From NCBI GenBank assembly GCA_044451405.1, contig JBIOKB010000005.1:1-37402 (forward strand): a DNA stretch of 37,402 nt, written 5' to 3'. Position 1 is the stretch's first letter. Each line of letters begins with the position of its first letter. Positions 1-8,150 of this stretch are shown one piece after another. Under the pieces are notes generated by a model. It did not search any database, had not been told where the DNA came from, and saw nothing but the letters and a program-made list of their open reading frames with translations. This DNA comes from Candidatus Babeliales bacterium (GTDB taxonomy: Bacteria; Babelota; Babeliae; Babelales; Vermiphilaceae). Position numbers and translations under genes: made by a program.

Positions 1-3
1 AAT

Positions 4-41
4 AAAGATCCCCGTGAGATTAACGTCTCACGGGGATCTTT
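4..41. terminator. Intrinsic terminator hairpin downstream of the pilin gene, possibly bidirectional
   Basis: Perfect 16-bp inverted repeat AAAGATCCCCGTGAGA (4-19) / TCTCACGGGGATCTTT (26-41), 6-nt loop, 7 nt past the pilin stop. Confidence 0.8.
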
Positions 42-48
42 GCTAACT

Positions 49-531
49 TTAATCTGCTAATGCATCATGCACGACAGTGATCGTATTTGCCTCATCAACT
101 GATAAAATATCGGGCTGACTATTTGGTCCATTGATATACCCAGCAGCGAGCACTAAAAAACCCTTGTTATTTGCATATGCTTTGCCCAAATAACTGTGCG
201 GTGTTTCTAATTTACCAGTAAAATAACTTTTACCCTCTGCGCCATGACCAAAACCATACGTATAATTAAACTGCTCTTGGGCGCCACCGCCTTTGTATCC
301 TTCTGGCTTCCAGCCAATACCCCCTTGTCCGGCAAGCACAGTAGAATAGGTACCATGCTCAGCCCAGTAGGCTTTTTCTGCTGCATAGATGGCATGCAAA
401 TTCATGTAGGCTTCAGCTCGTTTTGCTTTGCCCAAAAAACTTTTAAAACTTGGTATGGCAATTAAGGCAAGTATCGCAATTATGGCAACCACTATCATTA
501 ATTCAATCAGCGTAAATCCGTATTTTTTCAT
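49..531 (-). CDS. Type IV pilin-like protein (PilA/PilE family)
   Basis: Class III signal peptide KKYG|FTLIELMIVVAIIAILALIAIP, then KAKRAEA...L..IY.AE.AY.AE helix typical of type IV pilins. Confidence 0.92.
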   Translation of the reverse strand: MKKYGFTLIELMIVVAIIAILALIAIPSFKSFLGKAKRAEAYMNLHAIYAAEKAYWAEHGTYSTVLAGQGGIGWKPEGYKGGGAQEQFNYTYGFGHGAEGKSYFTGKLETPHSYLGKAYANNKGFLVLAAGYINGPNSQPDILSVDEANTITVVHDALAD

Positions 532-620
532 GAGATCCCTAGCGTTTAAGAACTTGGTAATGGTTTCATGATAGGCGGTTTACGGGAGATAAAGTCAATG
601 GTACAGGCAGAACAGCTATA

Positions 621-1253
621 TTAATAACCAATGGTGTGGCTCACCATCTTCTCTAATTCCGCAATCGAATACGCCCCTTCACGAATAACTTTTAACTGTT
701 CTCCCGTGCAATCGATAATCGTTGAGGGTACTACGGTAGAGACCTCGTTCTTATCACCTACTACATACGCCACTTTTTCCCGAATTCCAGGGTCCAACTC
801 ATCCAGGGTTGCTGGCACCGGGTGCCCACTCAGGTTAGCACTCGTAGAATATACCCCCTCAAAATGGGGCAACAATGCCAATAAGCCTTCGTGCTTGGGT
901 ACCCGTAAGGCAATAGAGCCAGAGGGAGCCAAAAATTGGCCTATGCCCGTTTTTGTTGGCAAAACGAGAGTTAAGGGGCCCGGCCAGCAGGAGGCGATGA
1001 GCTTTTGAACCTGGGAAGTAAGGGGAGTTTGGACAAAATGAGTAAGTTTATCTGATGAGGCGATTAAAACCACGTAGGGTTTATCCACCCGCCCTTTGAT
1101 CTGATTTAACGCCTGAAACCCTTCCTGGGTTGCATCAGCCAAAAGGCCTACCACGGTATCTGACGTACCTACTACCACCTGCCCTTGTTGGAGGGCTTTC
1201 ACCATGCGGGATACCGTTGCCGGATCCTGCCACCATAATTGAAAACTTTTCAT
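621..1253 (-). CDS. tsaC: Threonylcarbamoyl-AMP synthase (TsaC/Sua5/YrdC family)
   Basis: Motifs SDTVVGL, IKGR..KP, WPGPLTLV, IALRVP, STSANLSG, PSTIID, REGA. Confidence 0.92.
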   Translation of the reverse strand: MKSFQLWWQDPATVSRMVKALQQGQVVVGTSDTVVGLLADATQEGFQALNQIKGRVDKPYVVLIASSDKLTHFVQTPLTSQVQKLIASCWPGPLTLVLPTKTGIGQFLAPSGSIALRVPKHEGLLALLPHFEGVYSTSANLSGHPVPATLDELDPGIREKVAYVVGDKNEVSTVVPSTIIDCTGEQLKVIREGAYSIAELEKMVSHTIGY

Positions 1254-1384
1254 ATAGAAACATTACAAAAAGAAATATATACCGATAGCCGCTGCTAGAA
1301 ACAATTTCAACTAACTTAAAGTTCTACTTTCAACTTTGTTATTTTTGTAAATAATATGTTACAGATTGAATCCTAATTGCTTGT

Positions 1385-1412
1385 TTGACATTTTTGTAAT
1401 GTACTTTATATT
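1385..1412 (+). promoter_or_regulatory. Putative sigma70-type promoter for the folC-like/atp/cysteine synthase run
   Basis: TTGACA (1385-1390), 16-nt spacer, TATATT (1407-1412) in an AT-rich intergenic region upstream of the GGAG RBS and ATG 1470. Confidence 0.5.
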
Positions 1413-1469
1413 AATAATAAAGTCACGTATGAAAGTAAGAAAGCTTATAACCCCCTATGGAGAAGAAGC

Positions 1470-2891
1470 ATGAAAACAATCAATAAACAGACGACTTCCA
1501 AAGACGTTGTAACTACGGGAAAACAACGTAGTTATAATGAAATTGTAGAATTCCTCGACCAAAATTGGAAAACAAATGTTAGTGATACTACCCTCACCTG
1601 CATGAAAAAACTTGATCAAGCATTTGGATCTCTCTCTCAAAAATTACCAAGCATCGTTGTCGGTGGTACCAATGGTAAATCATTAACCATTAACTTTGCA
1701 GCACAACTTCTTAAAGAAGAAGGGCTCCAAGTTGGTACCTTGTACACACCTCATTTATTAACCTACAATGAACGCATTTCATTTAATAACGATCTCATTT
1801 CCAACAAAACATTTACCGAAGTTGGTAATGACGTTATTAATACCGCAGAAAGCCTTGGCCTTAAAGCAAACTCTGGTGAATTATTAACCATGATGGCGCT
1901 TGTCTACTTCAAGGCAAATAATGCTGATGTTATCTTATTGGAAACTAATGATGCTACCATCCCACAGGCAACCACCATCTGCACACCAAAAATTGCCGCT
2001 ATTACGCGTGTAACGAGTGATGAAGTAAATGCCCATGATGAAGTATCGCGCGAAGTGATACAGAGCATGCTTGCCATGGTAAGACCAGGAACGCACGTTA
2101 TTTCAGCTGATCAAAGCAAATTAAATCTTCAAGTAATGCTTGAACTTGTAAAAGACAAAGGTGGTATTTGGGGCATGCCAATTCGTAAATTAGCACCACT
2201 TACCTATCCATTTGAACAATTACACGGCCGTTGTGCAGCACTTGCTGAACGTATTACTCATATCTATGTAAATCAATTTGCAAACAAAGATGCCGTTGTT
2301 GTTGGCGGTACGTTATTAACAAAACAAAAAGGACAACGTGGCCGTCCTACGCTTGAAGCTAAAAAAGAACAAGAACGTAATCCAAAAAGAACTATTGAAC
2401 AATTCTGGCGTGAAGCACACCATACATTACCAGGACACTTCCAATTACTGGATAAAGAAAAGCCATCATTATTACTTGATGTGGCAAGCAATTTAGATGC
2501 ATTTAAAAACTTGCTCCTTGGTATCAGATTGTTACATTACCAACGCCCATTAAAAGGATTAACCTTAATTTTAGGATCAAATAATCCTACACTCGATACC
2601 AATGAATTCATGAAATTATTGCGTTACTTTTTCAAAAAAACATCGGGTTCTGTCATTGTATGTCCGGTAGAACCAGTACCAGGACACAAAGGTGCTGCAT
2701 CATGGGATGTTGAAAAAATAACCAATGAAATTAAGGGCATGAAAATCAAAGCGCGTTCAAGCAAAAACTTGAAAGAAGCATTTGAAGCTGCAACAAAATC
2801 GGTTGATGAACGTCACGGCTTAGTTGTCATCGCTGGTTCTCCATCACTCATTTCCGAGTTTTGGCGCTACAAAGGTATTAAAAAGCTCTAA
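1470..2891 (+). CDS. FolC/Mur-ligase-like protein with degenerate catalytic motifs and a basic insert
   Basis: VGGTNGKS, LYTPHL..YNERI, ELLT..A..YF, LLDVASN and IAGS match the folylpolyglutamate synthase scaffold; EVGxGG, DH and EKAG motifs are not retained. Confidence 0.8.
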   Translation: MKTINKQTTSKDVVTTGKQRSYNEIVEFLDQNWKTNVSDTTLTCMKKLDQAFGSLSQKLPSIVVGGTNGKSLTINFAAQLLKEEGLQVGTLYTPHLLTYNERISFNNDLISNKTFTEVGNDVINTAESLGLKANSGELLTMMALVYFKANNADVILLETNDATIPQATTICTPKIAAITRVTSDEVNAHDEVSREVIQSMLAMVRPGTHVISADQSKLNLQVMLELVKDKGGIWGMPIRKLAPLTYPFEQLHGRCAALAERITHIYVNQFANKDAVVVGGTLLTKQKGQRGRPTLEAKKEQERNPKRTIEQFWREAHHTLPGHFQLLDKEKPSLLLDVASNLDAFKNLLLGIRLLHYQRPLKGLTLILGSNNPTLDTNEFMKLLRYFFKKTSGSVIVCPVEPVPGHKGAASWDVEKITNEIKGMKIKARSSKNLKEAFEAATKSVDERHGLVVIAGSPSLISEFWRYKGIKKL

Positions 2892-2897
2892 AATCGT

Positions 2898-3200
2898 ATG
2901 ATCACCGCCTACACCACAAGCATATCCATCATTGGCGGTTGTATATTCGGATTTATATACGGACTCTTCTTCTTACACCAAAGAGGAAGAGTCTTTTTAT
3001 TACCATCAGATACTCCGTTATATAAACATTATATTACTATGATACTTTCAACCATCGGTCGCTTAGGGGTACTTGTATTCCTCTGGTATCATATATTGCT
3101 ATCACCAACAATTAATTTTATACTTTTGCTATCGTCTTTTTTAGGAGCTTTTTGGGTCACCCTACTACGCCCTGTCTACGGGGATAAACACAAGTCGTAA
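2898..3200 (+). CDS. ATP synthase accessory membrane protein (AtpI/AtpR-like)
   Basis: 100-aa hydrophobic protein directly upstream of atpB; G..FG..Y..FF, S...R, LG.F pattern resembles AtpI/AtpR proteins. Confidence 0.6.
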   Translation: MITAYTTSISIIGGCIFGFIYGLFFLHQRGRVFLLPSDTPLYKHYITMILSTIGRLGVLVFLWYHILLSPTINFILLLSSFLGAFWVTLLRPVYGDKHKS

Positions 3201-3218
3201 GGGCTTCGTAGGGCACGC
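3160..3218 (+). repeat. Palindromic REP-like element, copy 1, overlapping the 3' end of the atpI-like gene
   Basis: CCCTAC-TAC-GCCCT...AGGGC-TTC-GTAGGG-CACGC; shares GGCTTCnnnGGGCACGC with 21202-21218. Confidence 0.6.
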
Positions 3219-3242
3219 CAGTATCACCTAGGGGAATAGCAC

Positions 3243-3998
3243 ATGGAAGGCTTAAATCTTCTGCACGTAGAACAGTGGAAGCCATTGGCGCATTATGGTT
3301 TTACCCATCCTTTTTTTTATCTTAATGCAGAAACTATTGTATATACCTGGGTTGCTCTCAGCATTCTCATCATACTTGTACTTCCTATTAATTTAATTTT
3401 AAGCGCACGCAACAGCACCATGCGTTTTGCACTTGTTTCATCCCTTGAATCCTTTGCACAATTTACTACCCAAACGCTCGGCGTATTTTCATTCGAACAT
3501 TTTAGCTTTGTTGCATCATTATTTATTTTTATTGCCATATGTAACTGCTTGTCGGTCATTCCCTGGCTTGAAGAACCAACACAAGATTTAAATACTACCC
3601 TTGCCCTTGGTATTATTTCATTTCTTTATGTACAATGGCACGCCATACGCGCCCAGGGTATAACGCATTATATAAAAGAATACTTTCAACCTTTTTTTAT
3701 CATGTTTCCACTGCACGTTGTGGGTAAATTAGCGACCATTATTTCCATTTCATTTCGTCTTTTTGGAAACATATTTGGTGGCGCAACTATTTCCCACCTT
3801 TATTTTGCGCTCATTAAAAGTTCTATCTTTTATGAAATTCTCGGGTTATTGAGCTTGAACATGCTCGTTACTTTCTTTTTTGGCCTTTTTGAAGGGCTCC
3901 TGCAAGCATTTATATTTTCTATGCTTACCCTCACTTATTTATCTATCGCATTACATGGTGAAATGGATGAAAAAACTGACGAAGGGATTCTTACATGA
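3243..3998 (+). CDS. atpB: F0F1 ATP synthase subunit a
   Basis: PTQDLNTTLALG, SISFRLFGNIFGG with the essential Arg, LFEGLLQAFIFSMLT. Confidence 0.96.
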   Translation: MEGLNLLHVEQWKPLAHYGFTHPFFYLNAETIVYTWVALSILIILVLPINLILSARNSTMRFALVSSLESFAQFTTQTLGVFSFEHFSFVASLFIFIAICNCLSVIPWLEEPTQDLNTTLALGIISFLYVQWHAIRAQGITHYIKEYFQPFFIMFPLHVVGKLATIISISFRLFGNIFGGATISHLYFALIKSSIFYEILGLLSLNMLVTFFFGLFEGLLQAFIFSMLTLTYLSIALHGEMDEKTDEGILT

Positions 3999-4951
3999 TG
4001 CTCACGTCTGATTACTTACACTATGGCACTATTGCCCTTGCAGCAGCAATTAATGCCGTTGGTGTTGGCATTGGTGAAGGTATAACAAGCCGTGCGGCTA
4101 TTGAGGCAATCAATATTCAACCACACGCCAAAACAGACATTATTAAAACGGCGGTATTTGGCATGGCACTTATTGAAACCGCTGCTATTATGGGTATTAC
4201 CGTAGCACTTATTCTGCTTATCAGTACCCAAACAAACACAAGCGATTATGCACGCATTGCTGAAAGTGGTATTGCGCTGGCTATTTGTTTACCGGGCCTT
4301 TTTATTGGTTTTGTATCAGCATTTCCTGCCCAAGAAGCATGCTTATCTATTGCCCGTCAGCCATTTTTTAGTCAGAAAATATTGCGCTTTATGCTCCTTA
4401 CCCAATCAGTACTGCAAACGCCCATCATTTCTGGTTTTATCATTGCCATGTTAATTCGTGCACAAGCAGAATATGTAACCACTCTCGCACAAGGATTACA
4501 ACTGCTCGCAAGCGGATTATGCATTGGATTAGGCAGCATCGGCCCTTCTATTGGATTAGGTATATTTGCACGGACTGCATGTAAAAGCATTAGCATTAAC
4601 CGTGATGCCTATAATCGATTACTGTCTTTTACCTTAGTCAGCCAAGCTATTATTGAAACATCAGTTATTTTTGCGCTCGTAATTTCTATTTTAATTGTCT
4701 TTGCAAACCCTGCATTAACTATAGTTGGCGGTCTTGCATTACTCGGTGCTGCAATAAGCACTGGCCTTGGTACGTTTGGTGCGGGCATTAGTAATGGACG
4801 CACCTCTGCCGCTACGTGCAAAGCAATTGCACTCAATCCTGATACGTACACCCAATTGTCACGTACCAGCATGATTGCGCAAAGTCTTATTGATACTACT
4901 CCTATTTATGCGTTAATTGTTTCTATAATTCTTATTTTCTGGGGCACATAA
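3995..4951 (+). CDS. atpE: ATP synthase subunit c, four fused hairpin repeats (8 TM helices)
   Basis: Four ~80-aa repeats, each with a small-residue-rich helix, a polar loop (IQP, RQP, INR, LNP) and a second helix with E61, Q141, E221 or D300; ATGA overlap with the atpB stop. Confidence 0.92.
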   Translation: MMLTSDYLHYGTIALAAAINAVGVGIGEGITSRAAIEAINIQPHAKTDIIKTAVFGMALIETAAIMGITVALILLISTQTNTSDYARIAESGIALAICLPGLFIGFVSAFPAQEACLSIARQPFFSQKILRFMLLTQSVLQTPIISGFIIAMLIRAQAEYVTTLAQGLQLLASGLCIGLGSIGPSIGLGIFARTACKSISINRDAYNRLLSFTLVSQAIIETSVIFALVISILIVFANPALTIVGGLALLGAAISTGLGTFGAGISNGRTSAATCKAIALNPDTYTQLSRTSMIAQSLIDTTPIYALIVSIILIFWGT

Positions 4952-4955
4952 AATC

Positions 4956-5870
4956 ATGATGCATCAATCACTGTTGCACGCTATCGGCAACACTCCTTTA
5001 GTTAAATTACCCATAAGTAACCATGGTTCTATTTATGCAAAGTTAGAATATTTAAATCCTGGTGGCAGTGTTAAAGATCGCTCGGCATTATTCATGATTG
5101 AAGAAGCAGAACGCAGTGGCAAACTTAAGCCAGGCGGCACCATTATTGATGCATCGTCAGGAAATCAGGGCATTGCATCAGCTATGATTGGTGCGATTAA
5201 AGGATACAAAGTTATCGTCACGGTATCTGAAAAAATTAGTGAAGAAAAATTAAAAGCGATACTCGCGTATGGTGCGCAAGTTATCATGTGCCCTTCAACA
5301 AAATACATTGAAGATCCTAATAACTACCATCGGCGCGCAGTGGAACTGAATAAAAATACACCAAATTCTTTTATGCCTAACCAGTATTTCAATCCCTTAA
5401 ATGCTCAAGGACACTATACCCTTTTAGCACCTGAGGTGTGGAAACAAACAAACGGCACTGTGACACACTTTTTTGCCGCTGCAGGTACGTGTGGCACTAT
5501 CAGTGGTGTTGGGCGTTATTTAAAAGAAAAAAATCCTGCAATTAAAATATTAGCAGTAGATTCTGATAAATCGTTTCGTTCTACCAACGGCAATCCACAG
5601 CCATATAAAGTTGAAGGTATGGGCATCGATTGGAATAATTCACCGGTTCTTGATGAATCTGTCATTGATGATTATCTTCCAGTCAGTGATGATAATGCGC
5701 TTGGCATGCTCAAAACATTGGCATCCAAACATGGTATTCTTGCTGGACCAAGTAGCGGTGCTGTTGCATGGGCTGCACAGGATTATGCACGGCATCTTAA
5801 AGACGGTGATGTTGCGGTTATCATTTTTGGTGATTCAGGGCGTGCGTATCTTACGAAGAATTTTTATTAA
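4956..5870 (+). CDS. cysK: Cysteine synthase / cystathionine beta-synthase family PLP enzyme
   Basis: IGNTPLV, KLEYLNPGGSVKDR (PLP Lys), SSGNQG, GTCGT, GPSSGA; CysK versus CBS not resolvable from motifs alone. Confidence 0.85.
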   Translation: MMHQSLLHAIGNTPLVKLPISNHGSIYAKLEYLNPGGSVKDRSALFMIEEAERSGKLKPGGTIIDASSGNQGIASAMIGAIKGYKVIVTVSEKISEEKLKAILAYGAQVIMCPSTKYIEDPNNYHRRAVELNKNTPNSFMPNQYFNPLNAQGHYTLLAPEVWKQTNGTVTHFFAAAGTCGTISGVGRYLKEKNPAIKILAVDSDKSFRSTNGNPQPYKVEGMGIDWNNSPVLDESVIDDYLPVSDDNALGMLKTLASKHGILAGPSSGAVAWAAQDYARHLKDGDVAVIIFGDSGRAYLTKNFY

Positions 5871-6802
5871 ATATACTGCATAACAACACCCAAATCGATC
5901 GGTTCAGGACGCATGCAATAGGTGCCTTCTATCAAAGGGGTACCAACGCAATTAAGAAGATTGTATTCACGTCCATAGTGTAACGGTGTTACATATACAT
6001 GCTGATATCCGCCATACTGCACCAACCAGTTACACACACGGATCATGTGGGATCCACCAGCAATAATAATGATGGTAGATTCAGGTGCATGTATAACACT
6101 GTGCAAAACTTTAATATCAAGCAACATGCTATCAACGGTAAGCACTTTATTTAATACATCAAGACGATTATCTGGCGTTGAATGGTGATGCATGTACTGG
6201 GCTACACTCACATGACGCATTTCAGGAAGTTTGAGCCGAGAAAGTTCCGATTGTACTTCACGCACAATCTTTTTATACAACGCATTGAACCGTGGCCCAT
6301 CATTATATGTTTTTATTTCTTTGATGCTATCGTCAATTTCTTGCAAGAGCACACCAATAAGTATGGTATTAGTAGATTGAAATGGCATTTCTGTCTGTTC
6401 GATATTATTAATAACAGGACCTAGTGAAGCTACCCGGCAATACCGATATTCTACATTATCTACCGTTAACCCAGACTCCTGGCAGCGTTGCGTTAATCCA
6501 CCTAAAATACCGCCACGCGAATTAATAACAAATGGGCCGCACGAATTGCGCCCGTTAGAAGCGCACGAACTTAAATCTTCTACAATAAGTCGCGTATTTT
6601 TTTTATGGCAACGCGCCATAATTTGTTCAAGTTGAGTCTGTTGTTCTACTGTTGAAGTATGCGTTTTGTCATGAAAATCACTGAGCCCTATAATATTTTT
6701 GCGTGGACCCCATTTTCTAACAACGCGCGCTTCATAAATAAATGCAGAAGTTGTGTGTGCTACGCATATTCCTATAAGTAATACAGAACATAGTATTTTC
6801 AT
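5867..6802 (-). CDS. Secreted hypothetical protein, possibly TraB/EreA/ChaN-like fold
   Basis: N-terminal signal peptide; IIGLSDFH, LIVED and IIIAGGSH motifs; start overlaps the upstream YVTN gene stop. Confidence 0.7.
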   Translation of the reverse strand: MKILCSVLLIGICVAHTTSAFIYEARVVRKWGPRKNIIGLSDFHDKTHTSTVEQQTQLEQIMARCHKKNTRLIVEDLSSCASNGRNSCGPFVINSRGGILGGLTQRCQESGLTVDNVEYRYCRVASLGPVINNIEQTEMPFQSTNTILIGVLLQEIDDSIKEIKTYNDGPRFNALYKKIVREVQSELSRLKLPEMRHVSVAQYMHHHSTPDNRLDVLNKVLTVDSMLLDIKVLHSVIHAPESTIIIIAGGSHMIRVCNWLVQYGGYQHVYVTPLHYGREYNLLNCVGTPLIEGTYCMRPEPIDLGVVMQYI

Positions 6803-8142
6803 AACACCATCTGTAGTCCTCGTACCGTCACATTCCCTAACAACGTTTTATTTCCTGCTTGATCAACTGCTACCAGATAATAAGTATAGGTAAGCTTTGG
6901 ATTGCGATTATGATCTTTAAAGCGCAATGGCCCATTTGCTGGTACCGTTCCTGCAAGATCTGTAAGTGCTGCGTCACGGTATAATTGATAGCTTACCGGC
7001 GTTACCGTGGTTGGCGTGGTCCAGGTGATAACATTGATAAAATCGGTTTGTGTTAAAAAAATGTTTTTTTGCTGCACACCAGAAACGGTAATTGATGCTG
7101 TTGGTACTGGTGGCGTAGATCCAGGAACAATAGCTATAAATTCTGGTTGAAGTAATTGAGACATTGAATCAGTTACCACACCTTGCGCAGTAACCGTATT
7201 AGCTGCAGCATTAATGATGCTCACCGAAGAATCTCCTATACTATTATTAGCCACATATGCAGTAGTACCATCAAAAGTAAAAACTACACCAAATGGCGCA
7301 TTAAAATTTGGCGATAATACCGTTGGCGTTACTGAATCAACAGTATTAGTTGCAACATCAATAACACTTACCGTGTTATTATTCCGATTGGTTACATATG
7401 CTTTGCTACCATCAGGAGATATTGCTACGCCAAACGGTTGATGAAAATTCGGATTACTAACAGTGGTTACCGTATTAGCAGGAATAGCAATCACGCTTAC
7501 GGAATTGCCACTACGATTTGTCACGTACGCCTTTGAACCATCTGGCGTGATAGCAATAAGTTGCGGCGAATTAAATGAAGCATCATGTATTACAGCTGTT
7601 ACGATATTACCGGGAATAGCAATAACACTCACGGTATTTCCACTACCGTTAACCACATATGCCTTTGAACCATCAGGGGTAATAGCGATACCTTGTGACA
7701 CACTAAAAGAAACATCCGTAATACCTTGTGTCACAGTATTTGAAGCAATATCAATAACACTGACTACATTGCTACCATTATTAGTAACATAGGCCGTTTT
7801 ACCATTGGGGGTAATTGCTATACCAAAGGGAGCATTAAAGGTAGATCCTGGATCAGCTACTGTTGTTGTTACCGTATTAGTTGCAACATCAATAACAGTT
7901 ACCGTACCGAAAGTAAATGGAGTACGACCTGCATCAACCACATACACCGTACTCCCATCAGGTGTAATGGCAAGTTGCTTAGGATTAACAAAGCTTGCAT
8001 CAGTTATTTTTTGCGTAACGGTATTAGTTGCTGTATCAAACACAACAACATCATTTGAATTCGTTACATATGCCGTTGCGCCGTATGTACTATTGTTTAC
8101 TACAAGAAGCATGCTTATGAGCACACCAAAACATATATTCAT
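6799..8142 (-). CDS. Secreted YVTN/YncE-family beta-propeller protein with C-terminal Ig/FN3-like domain (paralog A)
   Basis: Seven ~43-aa repeats GIAITPDG.KAYVTN...VSVID; signal peptide; start placed at 8142 after an AAGGA RBS (ORF track gives 8148). Confidence 0.9.
   Translation of the reverse strand: MNICFGVLISMLLVVNNSTYGATAYVTNSNDVVVFDTATNTVTQKITDASFVNPKQLAITPDGSTVYVVDAGRTPFTFGTVTVIDVATNTVTTTVADPGSTFNAPFGIAITPNGKTAYVTNNGSNVVSVIDIASNTVTQGITDVSFSVSQGIAITPDGSKAYVVNGSGNTVSVIAIPGNIVTAVIHDASFNSPQLIAITPDGSKAYVTNRSGNSVSVIAIPANTVTTVSNPNFHQPFGVAISPDGSKAYVTNRNNNTVSVIDVATNTVDSVTPTVLSPNFNAPFGVVFTFDGTTAYVANNSIGDSSVSIINAAANTVTAQGVVTDSMSQLLQPEFIAIVPGSTPPVPTASITVSGVQQKNIFLTQTDFINVITWTTPTTVTPVSYQLYRDAALTDLAGTVPANGPLRFKDHNRNPKLTYTYYLVAVDQAGNKTLLGNVTVRGLQMVL
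6824..7140. repeat. 317-bp direct repeat, copy 1 (C-terminal domain of paralog A)
   Basis: Aligned by eye to 8179-8495: no gaps, 19 mismatches (about 94%). Confidence 0.9.
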
Positions 8143-8150
8143 TGTCATCC

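Noticed and set aside
568-598. TTGACT...TATCAT promoter candidate for the pilin on the minus strand
   Set aside because: The 19-nt spacer is outside the usual range; not supported enough to list
5867-5870. Convergent genes overlapping at their stops (also 14842-14845, 25177-25180, 32596-32606)
   Set aside because: Common in compact AT-rich genomes; no sign of a dedicated mechanism
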